Shown: positions 1 to 10,418, counted from the first letter of the stretch. The stretch is 64,000 nucleotides of DNA from an uncultured Rhodobacteraceae bacterium (GCA_937995865.1 CALKJA010000011.1:4635-68634), one strand, 5' to 3'. Program-made: numbers and translations. Notes: generated from the sequence alone by a model not told the origin.

Positions 1-2
1 GC

Positions 3-851
3 GGGCTTGTTTACGTGCTCACCGGTTTTGGAGAGTTGGTCGCACTTGATCCCGCCACCGGCGGAGAAGCTTGGACTCAAGATCTTGATGCGCAAGGCGG
101 GGCCAGTGCGACGTATTTCGATGGCCGCGTTTACGTGGCCGCGCGTGATAGCGTGGGCTGGGCAATTGACGCCGAAACGGGCCGCGTTCAGTGGCAGGTG
201 ACCGGTACACCCAGCGGCGCAGGCTACTTGGGCGGCGCAGGTCCGGCGGTTACATCGCAAACGGCTGTGTTCCCGTTCTCCTCTGGTGAATTGGTGGCAA
301 CCTTCCGTCAAGGCGGCGTGCAGCGCTGGAATGCGACTGTTCGGGGCGGGCGAACGGGCGTTGCCTATGCACAGATTGCGGATGTTGTAGCAGCACCTGT
401 TGTTGCGGGTGATCGGATTTATGTTGCTAACCCGGGCGGCCGTTTGATTGCACTTGAGATGGGCAACGGAGATCGCGTTTGGACCGCGCGCGAGGGGGCC
501 TTGTCTGCCCCTGTGGTCGCAGGCGGTTCGGTTTTCCTGATGTCGGACCAAAACGCGCTTGTGCGACTTGATGCGGCCACGGGCGAACGGATCTGGGCTC
601 AGCAATTTGGATTGTTCGAGGAAGGCCGTGCGCGACGTCAGAAGACGATTGTCGCCCACTACGGGCCAGTGCTTGCGGGTGGTCGGCTTTGGATTGCAAC
701 ATCTGAGGGTGTTTTGCAGGGTCATGACCCTGTGAGTGGCGCACTTGTTGCATCAGGGGAAATTCCCGGCGGGGCGGCCACTGCGCCTGTTATTGCAGGC
801 GGTGTCATGTATGTCGTTTCCAAACGCGGTCAGCTTATCGCTTTCCGTTAG
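3..851 (+). CDS. PQQ-like beta-propeller protein, BamB-like (5' partial)
   Basis: Frame open from the window start; repeated ALDxxTGxxxW blade motifs; directly upstream of der, the usual bamB-der arrangement. Confidence 0.8.
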   Translation, partial: GLVYVLTGFGELVALDPATGGEAWTQDLDAQGGASATYFDGRVYVAARDSVGWAIDAETGRVQWQVTGTPSGAGYLGGAGPAVTSQTAVFPFSSGELVATFRQGGVQRWNATVRGGRTGVAYAQIADVVAAPVVAGDRIYVANPGGRLIALEMGNGDRVWTAREGALSAPVVAGGSVFLMSDQNALVRLDAATGERIWAQQFGLFEEGRARRQKTIVAHYGPVLAGGRLWIATSEGVLQGHDPVSGALVASGEIPGGAATAPVIAGGVMYVVSKRGQLIAFR

Positions 852-910
852 GTGCGAAGGGGTGTAAGGCGCACCCTTGGCGCACAAAATGCGCAACGAT
901 GGTGCCTGAG

Positions 911-2359
911 ATGAGCTTTACCCTTGCCCTTGTGGGGCGCCCGAATGTGGGCAAATCCACTTTGTTCAATCGCCTGATTGGCAAAAAACAGGCGCTGGTC
1001 GATGACCAGCCCGGCGTCACGCGCGATTTGCGCGAAGGTGCTGCACGTCTGGGCCACCTGAAATTCACCGTGATTGATACGGCCGGACTCGAAGAGGCGA
1101 CGGATGAAAGCCTTCAGGGCCGGATGCGCCGACTGACCGAGCACGCAGTTGAAATGGCGGATGTGTGTCTCTTCATCGTTGATGCGCGCGTCGGTGTGAC
1201 CGCCGCCGATGAGGTTTTCGCCGAAATCCTGCGCAAGAAATCCGCCCAAGTGATCCTTGCCGCGAACAAGGCCGAAGGTCGCGCCGGTTCAGACGGATTG
1301 CTTGAAGCTTATGCTTTGGGTCTGGGTGAGCCGATTGCACTGTCTGCCGAGCACGGGGAAGGGATGTCCGATCTTGCGGCGGTCCTTGATCCGATTTCGG
1401 AAAAATTCGCAGAGCGCGCCAAAGCAGAAGAAGCGCTTACAGATGTAGATGTAGACGCCGAAGATGGCCCGCAAAAGCCAATCCAAATCGCCGTGATTGG
1501 CCGCCCCAACGCGGGCAAATCCACATTGATCAACAAAATGCTGGGCGAAGACCGTTTGCTGACCGGGCCAGAGGCCGGGATCACGCGCGATAGTATTTCG
1601 GTCACGATGGATTGGCAGGGCGAAGACGGCCCGGTGCCTGTCCGGCTTTTTGATACGGCTGGAATGCGTAAACGCGCCAAAGTGCAGGCCAAGCTTGAAA
1701 AGCTCAGCGTCTCAGATGGGTTGCGCGCAGTGAAATTCGCGGAGGTTGTTGTTGTTCTCTTGGACGCAGAAATCCCGTTTGAACAGCAGGATCTGCGGAT
1801 CGCGGACCTTGCCGAGCGTGAAGGCCGCGCCGTGGTTGTGGCGGTGAACAAATGGGATCTCGAACAGGAAAAGCAGACCAAGTTGCGCGACATGCGTGAA
1901 GCGTTTGAGCGGCTGCTCCCGCAGCTTCGGGGCGCACCTTTGGTCACTGTTTCCGCCAAAACTGGCAAGGGGCTTGATCGGCTCCAAGCTGCTGTGATCC
2001 GCGCCTATGGCGTGTGGAATCGCCGCGTGCCAACATCCGCACTCAATCGCTGGTTGGCGGCGATGGTTGAGGCGCATCCACCGCCCGCACCTGCAGGCCG
2101 CAGGATCAAGCTGCGCTATGCCACGCAAGCCAAAACACGCCCCCCCGGCTTTGTTGTTATGTGCTCCATGCCTGACAAGATGCCCGCCAGCTATTCGCGG
2201 TATCTGGTGAATGGTCTGCGCGAAGATTTTGATATGCCGGGAACGCCAATCCGCTTACACATGCGCGGGCAAAGCGATGCAAACCCCTATAAGGACAAAA
2301 AGAAGTCCACACCTTCGCGGCTGCGTAAACATCTAGGCAAGCGCCCCCACGACGAGTAG
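911..2359 (+). CDS. der: Ribosome biogenesis GTPase Der (EngA)
   Basis: Two G-domains: [16 protein letters not shown] and [16 protein letters not shown]. Start at 911 (MSFTLA) or 899. Confidence 0.97.
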   Translation: MSFTLALVGRPNVGKSTLFNRLIGKKQALVDDQPGVTRDLREGAARLGHLKFTVIDTAGLEEATDESLQGRMRRLTEHAVEMADVCLFIVDARVGVTAADEVFAEILRKKSAQVILAANKAEGRAGSDGLLEAYALGLGEPIALSAEHGEGMSDLAAVLDPISEKFAERAKAEEALTDVDVDAEDGPQKPIQIAVIGRPNAGKSTLINKMLGEDRLLTGPEAGITRDSISVTMDWQGEDGPVPVRLFDTAGMRKRAKVQAKLEKLSVSDGLRAVKFAEVVVVLLDAEIPFEQQDLRIADLAEREGRAVVVAVNKWDLEQEKQTKLRDMREAFERLLPQLRGAPLVTVSAKTGKGLDRLQAAVIRAYGVWNRRVPTSALNRWLAAMVEAHPPPAPAGRRIKLRYATQAKTRPPGFVVMCSMPDKMPASYSRYLVNGLREDFDMPGTPIRLHMRGQSDANPYKDKKKSTPSRLRKHLGKRPHDE

Positions 2360-2406
2360 GCTCCACTCTCGCGGGGGTTGTATTTTAACCCGCGAAAAGG
2401 AGCATT

Positions 2407-3564
2407 ATGTCAAAACTCATTGTCATCTATTGTGACGGCACGTGGAATTCTCCCACGCTTGCCGAAACAACCAATGTGGTCGAGCTGTCAGACGCAACGG
2501 CCCAAACCGACAGTCAAATCAGCGTTTATATCAATGGCGTTGGCACCGGCGATTACCGCAGCAAGCTGCGTGGCTGGATCAACAAGATCGGCGGTGGCGC
2601 CTTTGGTTGGGGCCTGAATGCGCGCATCCGCGAAGGCTATCAAGCGGTGATTGATCACTATGAACCCGGGGATCGGATCATGGTTTTTGGTTTCTCGAGG
2701 GGCGCTTATACGGCGCGCTCGATTGTGGGAATGATCCGCAAATGCGGTGTTCCTGACAAAGACGAAGCGGGCTTCTTTGATATGGTCTCAGCATTTCGGC
2801 TTTACCGGAAAGGCGGCCCTGAAAACCATCCTGACATGCCGCATATTATGAAACAGCGCCACGCATTGAGCCCACGCTTTGCAACCTCCAAGGCGGATCT
2901 GGAAGCGCGCGACGGCACGAAAGATGTGCATTTGGTAAATGTGGCCTATCTAGGCGTGTGGGATACGGTTGGTTCTCTTGGCCTGCCAGAGCCGCTTTTG
3001 GGCGGGGTCGCGCGGATTTTGAACCGTCGCTACCAGTTTCACGATACGGATCTTTCCAGCATGGTGGGGGCCGCCCGTCATGCCGTTGCTTTGGATGAGC
3101 GGCGCAAATTCTATAAACCTGCTCTTTGGTTTAACCTCGATGCCCATACCCGGCCCGATGGCCGCCCAAGTCTTGGGCTTAATCAGGGTACGACAGGTCC
3201 GCAGCGCCCGTTTCAACAGGTTTGGTTCATTGGCAATCACGGGATTGTTGGCGGCTCAAGTGATATGCAGGGCCTTGTGGCGATCCCGCGCGATTGGGTG
3301 CTGGAGGGGGCCAAAGCGCGGGGGTTGGTTCTTAAGCCCGACGCGGCGTTTAACCTGCCTGATCCGCTAGAGCCAGGGAACGCGGGTTCGGCCTCTGGCC
3401 TGTACAAAGTTGCGCGGGATCTTTTGGCGTGGCGTAGCGGGCCGCAGGTGGAAGCGGATCTACACCCAACCGTAGATGAACGGGTGATTGGGGTGCCAGA
3501 CTACCGGCCTGAAACGCTGAAGGTGGTGCGCGCCGATATTCTAAGTGACACGCGATTCACATGA
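2407..3564 (+). CDS. DUF2235 (Tle1-like) alpha/beta hydrolase
   Basis: CDGTWN, GFSRGAYTAR nucleophile elbow, GVWDTVG, HAVALDERR, QVWFIGNHGIVGG; AAGGAG RBS. Confidence 0.88.
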   Translation: MSKLIVIYCDGTWNSPTLAETTNVVELSDATAQTDSQISVYINGVGTGDYRSKLRGWINKIGGGAFGWGLNARIREGYQAVIDHYEPGDRIMVFGFSRGAYTARSIVGMIRKCGVPDKDEAGFFDMVSAFRLYRKGGPENHPDMPHIMKQRHALSPRFATSKADLEARDGTKDVHLVNVAYLGVWDTVGSLGLPEPLLGGVARILNRRYQFHDTDLSSMVGAARHAVALDERRKFYKPALWFNLDAHTRPDGRPSLGLNQGTTGPQRPFQQVWFIGNHGIVGGSSDMQGLVAIPRDWVLEGAKARGLVLKPDAAFNLPDPLEPGNAGSASGLYKVARDLLAWRSGPQVEADLHPTVDERVIGVPDYRPETLKVVRADILSDTRFT

Positions 3565-3592
3565 ATTGTAGTATGATGTCAGTGCGTTAGTG

Positions 3593-4291
3593 TCAGACTG
3601 CTCGGGCAGAGCGCAGGGCCAGTCCCGCAATGATCCCCGCGCTAAAGCCAGCCAAAGCGGCGACGCCGGCAACACCCGCCCAATTCGCAACGACGATACC
3701 GATCAGCGCCCATGCGACCGCGATCCCATATTCGGGTGCGCCCTGTGTGCTGATCTGAACATAAGCGGCCAAAACCAACGCCACAGGGATCAGGATATAG
3801 GCCCACGTCAAGCCGCCCGGCCCAATACCGTTGCCCGCCAAAAGCACTGCCAGTGAAACGAAAGATGCGGCAGACAGCCAGCCTGCATACAGCGCCACCG
3901 GTGCGCGGCCAAACCAGCGGTCTGTCTTGGGGGCGGTCTTGAGCGCAGCAATCGCGCTAGCCAGCATCATCCAGATTGTGAGCGTGGCCCATAAGGCAGA
4001 AGTGTTCGCAATCCAAAGCCAAAACGTGCCGATGCCCAGCGAAACGATCAACCATAGGCGCATCGTGCCCCAAGCCGGATTATCGCACCGTTTCAGAACA
4101 CCAAAACCCGCCCCGGCAATGAGCCAAAGATAGATAACGCCCCAAATGGAAAACGCGTACCCGGCGGGCTGGATCGCCGGGTTAAGCTGTGGGAGCGGCA
4201 GCTGATCTTCCCGGAAACCGGTAAAAGGCTCCGTAATCAAGGGCGACAAGGCAAAGCTGAGCGCAAGGGCGAGTGTGACGTAGGCTTTCAT
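3593..4291 (-). CDS. TspO/MBR-like tryptophan-rich membrane protein
   Basis: Multiple hydrophobic helices; PAGYAFSIWGVIY and LYAGWLSAA motifs. Confidence 0.6.
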   Translation of the reverse strand: MKAYVTLALALSFALSPLITEPFTGFREDQLPLPQLNPAIQPAGYAFSIWGVIYLWLIAGAGFGVLKRCDNPAWGTMRLWLIVSLGIGTFWLWIANTSALWATLTIWMMLASAIAALKTAPKTDRWFGRAPVALYAGWLSAASFVSLAVLLAGNGIGPGGLTWAYILIPVALVLAAYVQISTQGAPEYGIAVAWALIGIVVANWAGVAGVAALAGFSAGIIAGLALRSARAV

Positions 4292-4309
4292 ACTGGGTGG
4301 ACTGGCGAT

Positions 4310-5602
4310 CTACGCCAAAACTCCCTCTGGCGTGATCTGTGTTTTGCCACCCAGATACGCGGCAAGCGCGCTTGGAAGCGTGATGGATCCATCAGCCTGT
4401 TGCCCATTTTCCAGAACCGCAATCAGGCACCGCCCGACGGCAAGCCCGGATCCGTTAAGTGTATGAACAAATTGCGGTTTCCCACCTTCCGTAGGCTTGA
4501 AACGTGCATTCATTCGGCGGGCCTGAAAATCGCCGGTCGTTGAGACCGAGCTGATCTCGCGATAGGCATTCTGGCCGGGCAACCACGCTTCGATGTCATA
4601 GGTGCGGCGCGCGCCAAAACCCATGTCACCGGTGCACAGAATGACCGTGCGATAGGGTATCTCGAGCCGCTCCAGAATATCCTCGGCACAGCGTAGCATG
4701 CGCTTTTGTTCGGCGTCTGAGTGGTCGGGATGGGTCACGGCGACCATTTCGACCTTCTCAAATTGGTGCTGGCGCAGCATGCCCGATGTATCGCGCCCGG
4801 CTGAGCCAGCTTCAGAGCGAAAGCACAGCGTGTGTGCAGCATAGCGGCGGGGCAGGTAGCTTTCCTCGATCACGTGATTGGCCGCAATATAGGTCAGCGA
4901 CACTTCGGAGGTTGGAACAAGCCACATCCCTTCCTGCGTCTGATAGCTTTCTTCGCCAAATTTTGGAAGCTTATCAGTACCATACATGGCATCTTCGCGC
5001 ACGAGAACGGGAGGATTACATTCAGTCATGCCGTTTTCTGTGGTGTGTAGATCCAGCATAAATTGCGCCAATGCGCGGTGCACGCGGGCAACCGTGCCGC
5101 TTAGCAAAACAAAGCGGCTGCCAGACATTTTGGCGGCGGTATCAAAGTCCATGCCACCGGTGACGGCGGGGATCTCGAAATGCTCTTTGGCTGGAAAACC
5201 CATGTCCCGGGCGGTGCCCCAGCGGCTCACTTCGACGTTGTCTTCTTCGCCACCACCGTCTGGCACATCGTCATATGGAAGGTTGGCAATCCGCGCGAGC
5301 GCGTCTGTCAACTTCACATCTTCGGCCTTTGCCTCGTCATTCAAACGGGCAATATCTGCTTTCTTTTCAGCAACAAGCGCCCGGAGACGCTGGAATTCAT
5401 CCTCATCGCCGCGGCCCTTGGCGGCGCCCACTTCCTTGGCCGCTTTGTTGGCCTCGGCCTGTGCGGTTTCAGCGGCTTGGATGGCGGCGCGGCGGGCCGT
5501 GTCAATGGAAAGAAGGGAGGCAGACATGGGCGCATCACCACGCCGCGCGAGTGCTGCGTCAAAAGCTTCGGGGGTCTCACGGATTGCTTTGATATCGTGC
5601 AT
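4310..5602 (-). CDS. serS: Serine--tRNA ligase
   Basis: MHDIKAIR start, coiled-coil arm, [52 protein letters not shown]. Confidence 0.98.
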   Translation of the reverse strand: MHDIKAIRETPEAFDAALARRGDAPMSASLLSIDTARRAAIQAAETAQAEANKAAKEVGAAKGRGDEDEFQRLRALVAEKKADIARLNDEAKAEDVKLTDALARIANLPYDDVPDGGGEEDNVEVSRWGTARDMGFPAKEHFEIPAVTGGMDFDTAAKMSGSRFVLLSGTVARVHRALAQFMLDLHTTENGMTECNPPVLVREDAMYGTDKLPKFGEESYQTQEGMWLVPTSEVSLTYIAANHVIEESYLPRRYAAHTLCFRSEAGSAGRDTSGMLRQHQFEKVEMVAVTHPDHSDAEQKRMLRCAEDILERLEIPYRTVILCTGDMGFGARRTYDIEAWLPGQNAYREISSVSTTGDFQARRMNARFKPTEGGKPQFVHTLNGSGLAVGRCLIAVLENGQQADGSITLPSALAAYLGGKTQITPEGVLA

Positions 5603-5713
5603 TGTTGCCTCCATTCAGAACGGTCCCCGGCCTTTAACGCGGGGCGGCGCAAAGGGGAAGCGTTCGCTGCGGTAATCCTTGGGAGAAACTTGCAGATCGC
5701 GCCAAATTGAGTA

Positions 5714-5754
5714 GGGCACATGCGATACACATCCCATGCACATCCCATATGGCT
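5714..5754. repeat. 41-bp dispersed element, copy 1 (three 11-bp units GCACATGCGAT/ACACATCCCAT/GCACATCCCAT)
   Basis: GGGCACATGCGATACACATCCCATGCACATCCCATATGGCT; 37/41 identical to 50921-50961. Confidence 0.85.
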
Positions 5755-5977
5755 GCGGATTTGCACATGAATCGGCCGAAAATGGTTAATGTGTGCACTC
5801 CGTAATTTCTGCGCCTTGCGGTTTTTCCCGTAGAAGACCTTCGGATTGCACCTTGCCGCGCGCGAAGATTGCGGCCACGCTGGCCTCATGGTCCATGTCA
5901 AAGTCATGCAGTTTCAACCTCCGCCCTTTTGGATGCCGATCACCTTTCCCTAGATCCGCACCAAAGGAGGACACGAC

Positions 5978-7501
5978 GTGCCACAACCAAATATTCTGAT
6001 CATCATGGCCGACCAGCTTGCGCCGCAATTCATCGGCGCGCATGGCTGCGCGTTTGCTCATACCCCAAATATCGATGCGCTGGCCGCGCGTGGGATGCGC
6101 TTTGACGCGGCCTATTGCAACACGCCGCTTTGTGCGCCGTCGCGGGCGGCGTTTATGTCTGGCCAGTTGCCCAGCCGGTCTGGCGTTTATGACAATGCGG
6201 CAGAGTTTCCTGCCAGCGTGCCAAGCTATGCGCACTACCTGCGCGCGCTGGGCTATCAGACCTGTTTGGCAGGGCGGATGCATTTTGTTGGGCCCGATCA
6301 AAAACACGGCTTTGCGCAGAGGTTGACCACAGACATCTACCCCTCGGATTTCGCATGGACCCCGGATTGGGAGGACAACGACACACGTATCGATAGCTGG
6401 TATCACAATATGGATCCGGTTTTGGATGCCAGCCCGGCGCATGCCACCTTTCAAACCGATTATGATGATGAGGTTGATTTTGCGGCGAACCGCTGGCTTG
6501 TGGATCGCGCGCGGCAGGTTCGGGCGGGGCGTAGTGGGCCGTTTTGCCTAGTGGCAAGCTTCATGCACCCCCATGACCCCTACGTGCCTAAGCCAGAGTT
6601 CTGGGATCTTTACGAGGACGTGGATATTCCCGCCCCGGATTATGCGGACCCGGCGCCGAAGCTGGATCCGTTTTCCCGGCGCATTGCCACGGGGATCGGC
6701 GCCTCGGAGGCGACCCCTACGCCAGATCAAATCGCAGCGGCGCGACGCGGATATCTTGCGAATGTGAGCTATTTTGACAGCAAGGTCGGCACGCTGGTGC
6801 AGACGCTGAAGGATACCGGGCAGCTAGATAACACAATCATCCTCATCACCTCGGATCACGGCGATATGCTGGGCGAAAAGGGGCTGTGGTATAAGATGAC
6901 GATGTTTGAGAAATCCGTGCGGGTGCCACTTATCTTTGCGGGGCCAGGGGTGGCCACGGGGGCCTGCGATGCGCCGGCCTCTCTCATTGATGTGCTGCCG
7001 ACCTTGATCGATATCGGGGGGGGCGTGTCCGGTGACATGGACGTGCCCGTGGACGGGCGTTCGCTGTGGTCAATGGCGCAAGGCGCACCCGCTGATGGGG
7101 GCGAGGCGATTGTGGAATACTGCGCCGAGATGGCTGGCGCGCCAGTGGTTATGATCCGCCGCGACACGCTGAAATACATTCACTGTGATCTTGACCCGCC
7201 GCAGCTTTATGATTTGAGCGTCGATCCGTTTGAGTTGGAAAATTTGGCCGGGCATGCAGACTATTCGCAAGCGCAAGCCGGTTTTGCGCAGGAGATCGCA
7301 CACCGCTGGGATATGGTGCAGCTTCGCGCCGATGTGATCCGCAGCCAACGCGCGCGCCGCGTGCTGCATGCGATGATGGAAACCACCGGCGACGATGCGT
7401 GGGACTACCAACCGCCGCGCGATGCGCGCAATGAATACGTGCGCAACCATATCGATTGGACAGAAGCTGCTGTAGTTCAGCGGCTCCCGCGCGGCGGTTA
7501 A
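5978..7501 (+). CDS. betC: Choline-sulfatase-like Cys-type sulfatase
   Basis: PNILIIMADQL, LCAPSR formylglycine motif, VYDNAAEF, RLTTDIYP, SDHGDMLGEKGLWYKM; GTG start after AAGGAGG. Confidence 0.85.
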   Translation: MPQPNILIIMADQLAPQFIGAHGCAFAHTPNIDALAARGMRFDAAYCNTPLCAPSRAAFMSGQLPSRSGVYDNAAEFPASVPSYAHYLRALGYQTCLAGRMHFVGPDQKHGFAQRLTTDIYPSDFAWTPDWEDNDTRIDSWYHNMDPVLDASPAHATFQTDYDDEVDFAANRWLVDRARQVRAGRSGPFCLVASFMHPHDPYVPKPEFWDLYEDVDIPAPDYADPAPKLDPFSRRIATGIGASEATPTPDQIAAARRGYLANVSYFDSKVGTLVQTLKDTGQLDNTIILITSDHGDMLGEKGLWYKMTMFEKSVRVPLIFAGPGVATGACDAPASLIDVLPTLIDIGGGVSGDMDVPVDGRSLWSMAQGAPADGGEAIVEYCAEMAGAPVVMIRRDTLKYIHCDLDPPQLYDLSVDPFELENLAGHADYSQAQAGFAQEIAHRWDMVQLRADVIRSQRARRVLHAMMETTGDDAWDYQPPRDARNEYVRNHIDWTEAAVVQRLPRGG

Positions 7502-7594
7502 GCGGCCGCTCTTATCCATACGCCTGTGGCAGTGTCCGGGCGTGCGGATCTTGTTTGTGCACAACGCGCCGCAATTTGGCGATCCGACGCCGCG

Positions 7595-9037
7595 CTAGGC
7601 TTTGGTTGCCGGATATAGCGCGCGGTGGCGGGCATGGGCCTCGGTGTAGGCATCCGTATTGGCAGATGCGGGCGCGATGACCTGTGCCGTTTTTGGCAAG
7701 GTCATGATCTGCTCAGCCAGCGTGCCAGTGTCCGCCAGAATCGCAAGCCGTGCGGCGCCAAGAGCGGCGCCAAATGCATTGCCCTCGGGCAGGGTGATCG
7801 GCATCTCAAGTGTGTTGGCCACTGTCTGCACCCAAAACGGCGATTGCATGCCCCCACCGGTGCCCAGAAGCGTTTCAAATCGTACGCCGGTTGCGGCCAA
7901 TGCATCGCGGCAATCACGCAAGGCAAACGCCACACCTTCCATCACCGCGCGCGCCATGTCGCTGGCGTCCTGCGCAACATCCAGCCCGACAAACGCCCCC
8001 CGGATCGCCGCGTCATTATGCGGTGTCCGCTCGCCGGAAAGATAGGGCAAGAACCGCAAGGCGCCGGGCGCATCAGGCGTATCAGGAAGTCCGGCGGCAA
8101 GCTGTGCCGGGGTCTTGCCTGTGATCCGTGCAAGCCAATTCAAACTATCGGTCGCAGCAAGGATCACACCCATCTGATACCAGCGGTCCGGCAAGGCATG
8201 GCAAAAAGTGTGCACTGCTGTGGCAGCATCGGGTGCATAGCCATCGCGGGCGGCCAAAAGCACACCGGATGTGCCAAGTGAGACGAATCCCTGACCCTCG
8301 GCCATACAGCCCGCCCCGCAGGCGGCGGCCGCGTTGTCTGCGGCACCGCCCGCAAGGGTCACGCGGCCTTGGATCCCCCATTGCGCTGCAAGCTCTGGGC
8401 GCAACTCCCCTGCTGCGGCGGAGCCTTCGACAAGTGGCGGCATCTGGCTTTCACGCATGTGACTTGCGTCCAAAACGATGCGGGACCATGCCCGCGCGCC
8501 GGTATCAAGCCATGCCGTTCCAGCTGCATCTGACATCTCCATCATCCGCGATCCCGTGAGCCATAGACGCAAATAATCCTTTGGCAAAAGCACGCAGTCG
8601 GTGGCGGCGAACACATCAGGCTCATGCGTTTCCACCCAAAGCAATTTGGGCGCGGTGAAGCCGGGAAAGACGATATTGCCCGTGACGCCACGGATCTTAG
8701 TGGTGTCCAGCGCCGCGGCCTCTGCGTGGGCGCGTGTGTCATTCCACAAGATGCAGGGCCGCAGCGGGGTATCGGCCGTGTCCAGCAACACTGCCCCATG
8801 CATATGGCCTGCAATTGCCATGCCCCGGATGGCAGCAACGGCGTTGGGTGCGGATTGGCAAAGCTGTGTCATCACGGCCTGCATCGCATCAATCCAAAGC
8901 TGAGGATCTTGTTCCGACCAGCCAGGATGCGGGTGCTTGGCTTCATATTCGGCCACCGCTTCAGCCACAGTTGCACCGGTCGCGTCTACCAGCAAACCCC
9001 GCAAGCCGGAGGTCCCCATATCAAGCCCGAGATACAT
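7595..9037 (-). CDS. xylB: Xylulokinase (FGGY family)
   Basis: MYLGLDMGTS start with AAGGA RBS, GHMHG, ILWNDTR, PGFTAPKLLW, SLGTSGV, VHTFCHA, PYLSGERTPHND. Confidence 0.9.
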   Translation of the reverse strand: MYLGLDMGTSGLRGLLVDATGATVAEAVAEYEAKHPHPGWSEQDPQLWIDAMQAVMTQLCQSAPNAVAAIRGMAIAGHMHGAVLLDTADTPLRPCILWNDTRAHAEAAALDTTKIRGVTGNIVFPGFTAPKLLWVETHEPDVFAATDCVLLPKDYLRLWLTGSRMMEMSDAAGTAWLDTGARAWSRIVLDASHMRESQMPPLVEGSAAAGELRPELAAQWGIQGRVTLAGGAADNAAAACGAGCMAEGQGFVSLGTSGVLLAARDGYAPDAATAVHTFCHALPDRWYQMGVILAATDSLNWLARITGKTPAQLAAGLPDTPDAPGALRFLPYLSGERTPHNDAAIRGAFVGLDVAQDASDMARAVMEGVAFALRDCRDALAATGVRFETLLGTGGGMQSPFWVQTVANTLEMPITLPEGNAFGAALGAARLAILADTGTLAEQIMTLPKTAQVIAPASANTDAYTEAHARHRALYPATKA

Positions 9038-9073
9038 ATCGTTTCCTTCGTTTTGCGCCATTGATGGGGCAAA

Positions 9074-9089
9074 GTTGACAGCTGTCAAC
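9074..9089. promoter_or_regulatory. Perfect 16-bp palindrome GTTGACAGCTGTCAAC; putative operator with TTGACA on both strands
   Basis: Read directly in the ~95-bp divergent xylB/kynU spacer; function is inferred. Confidence 0.55.
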
Positions 9090-9132
9090 AATTCCGTTCT
9101 AGGCTCACGTGTTGCCAATAAGGGAGGCCGCG

Positions 9133-10317
9133 ATGCTGCCAGTCAAAGACCGCTTTCACCTGCCCGAGGGCGTGATCTATCTGGATGGTAATTCGCTTGG
9201 CCCTTTGCCCGTGGGGGCCGCAGAACGGATTGAGGACGTGACGCGCAACCAGTGGGGCGCGCATTTGATCCGCGGTTGGAATGTAGACGATTGGATGGGC
9301 CAGCCGCTCAGCGTGGCGGATCGCGTGGGCAAGCTGATCGGTGCGCCGGCTGGCTGGACCGTTCTGGGCGATACGTTGTCGATCAAGGTTTATCAGGCGC
9401 TTGCCTCAGCCGTGATGCTGCGCCCGGACCGCAAGGTGATTTTGTCTGATACCGGAAACTTTCCGACCGATCTTTACATGGCCGAAGGGCTCATCAATCA
9501 ACTGGCACAGGGCCATGAGCTGCGGGTGGTGGAACCTGATGCCGTGGCGGATGCGATCAACGAAGAGCTTGCAGCGGTCATGCTGACCCATGTGGATTAC
9601 CGCACAGGCCGGATGCACGATATGGATGCGATCACGGCGGCGGCCCATGCAGCAGGGGCAGTGATGATTTGGGATCTGGCGCATTCCGCCGGGGCTTTGC
9701 CTGTGGATATCCAAGCTAGCCAAGCCGAATTCGCCGTGGGCTGTACGTATAAGTACCTCAATGGCGGGCCGGGCGCGCCGGCCTTTATCACCGTGCGCCC
9801 AGATATCGCCGAAACAGTTGCCCCGGCACTTTCTGGCTGGCTTGGCCATGACGCGCCGTTTGCGTTTGAGAGGTCATACCGGCCCGCCCCTTCCATCGAA
9901 CGGTTCCGCGTGGGCACACCGCCGGTTCTGCAAATCGCGGCGCTTGATGTGGCGCTGGACGCGTGGGAGGGGATCACCATCGAGGCAGTGCGCACGGCCT
10001 CTATTGCCCTATGTGAGCACTTCATCGCAGAAGTTGAGGCGCGGGTGCCGGGTGTCACGCTTGCCTCTCCACGGGATGCGGCACAGCGCGGATCGCAAGT
10101 GTCCTTTCACTTTGAACAGGGTTATGCCGCGATGCAGGCGCTGATCTCTCGCGGTGTGATCGGCGATTTCCGCGCGCCTGACATCATGCGCTTTGGGTTC
10201 ACGCCGCTCTATGTAGACAAGGCCGATGTGACGGCGGCAGTGGATCACTTTGAGGCGGTCATGAAAGGGCGCCTTTGGGATAACCCCGCATTTATGGCGC
10301 GCGGTCGCGTGACCTGA
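9133..10317 (+). CDS. kynU: Kynureninase
   Basis: IYLDGNSLGPLP, FPTDLY, WDLAHSAG, GCTYKYLNGGPG (PLP lysine), GWLGH, RGSQVS, GDFRAPD; GGGAGG RBS. Confidence 0.95.
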   Translation: MLPVKDRFHLPEGVIYLDGNSLGPLPVGAAERIEDVTRNQWGAHLIRGWNVDDWMGQPLSVADRVGKLIGAPAGWTVLGDTLSIKVYQALASAVMLRPDRKVILSDTGNFPTDLYMAEGLINQLAQGHELRVVEPDAVADAINEELAAVMLTHVDYRTGRMHDMDAITAAAHAAGAVMIWDLAHSAGALPVDIQASQAEFAVGCTYKYLNGGPGAPAFITVRPDIAETVAPALSGWLGHDAPFAFERSYRPAPSIERFRVGTPPVLQIAALDVALDAWEGITIEAVRTASIALCEHFIAEVEARVPGVTLASPRDAAQRGSQVSFHFEQGYAAMQALISRGVIGDFRAPDIMRFGFTPLYVDKADVTAAVDHFEAVMKGRLWDNPAFMARGRVT

Positions 10318-10318
10318 A

Positions 10319-10335
10319 CGCCCAAAAAACAGGCA
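10319..10335. promoter_or_regulatory. Candidate NtrC-type binding site CGCCCAAAAAACAGGCA
   Basis: 17 bp with GC-N11-GC spacing and an A-rich core, ~85 bp upstream of the Anbu operon. Confidence 0.4.
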
Positions 10336-10418
10336 CAGATCGCGCCTACGGGGCGTCATTTGACCTTGGCAGTTAACATCTTGTTTAATCCCGGTATGCT
10401 GTCCTTAGGGGGACAGCG

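Noticed and set aside
5341-5907. 188-aa minus-strand ORF or regulator remnant in the serS/betC spacer
   Set aside because: Overlaps serS out of frame; no recognisable motif in the frames I examined.
10331-10345. Sigma-54 promoter before the Anbu operon
   Set aside because: GGCAC is present but there is no TTGC at the -12 position.
10373-10388. CtrA boxes here and at 50981-50996
   Set aside because: Spacing is TTAA-N8-TTAA, not the canonical N7.
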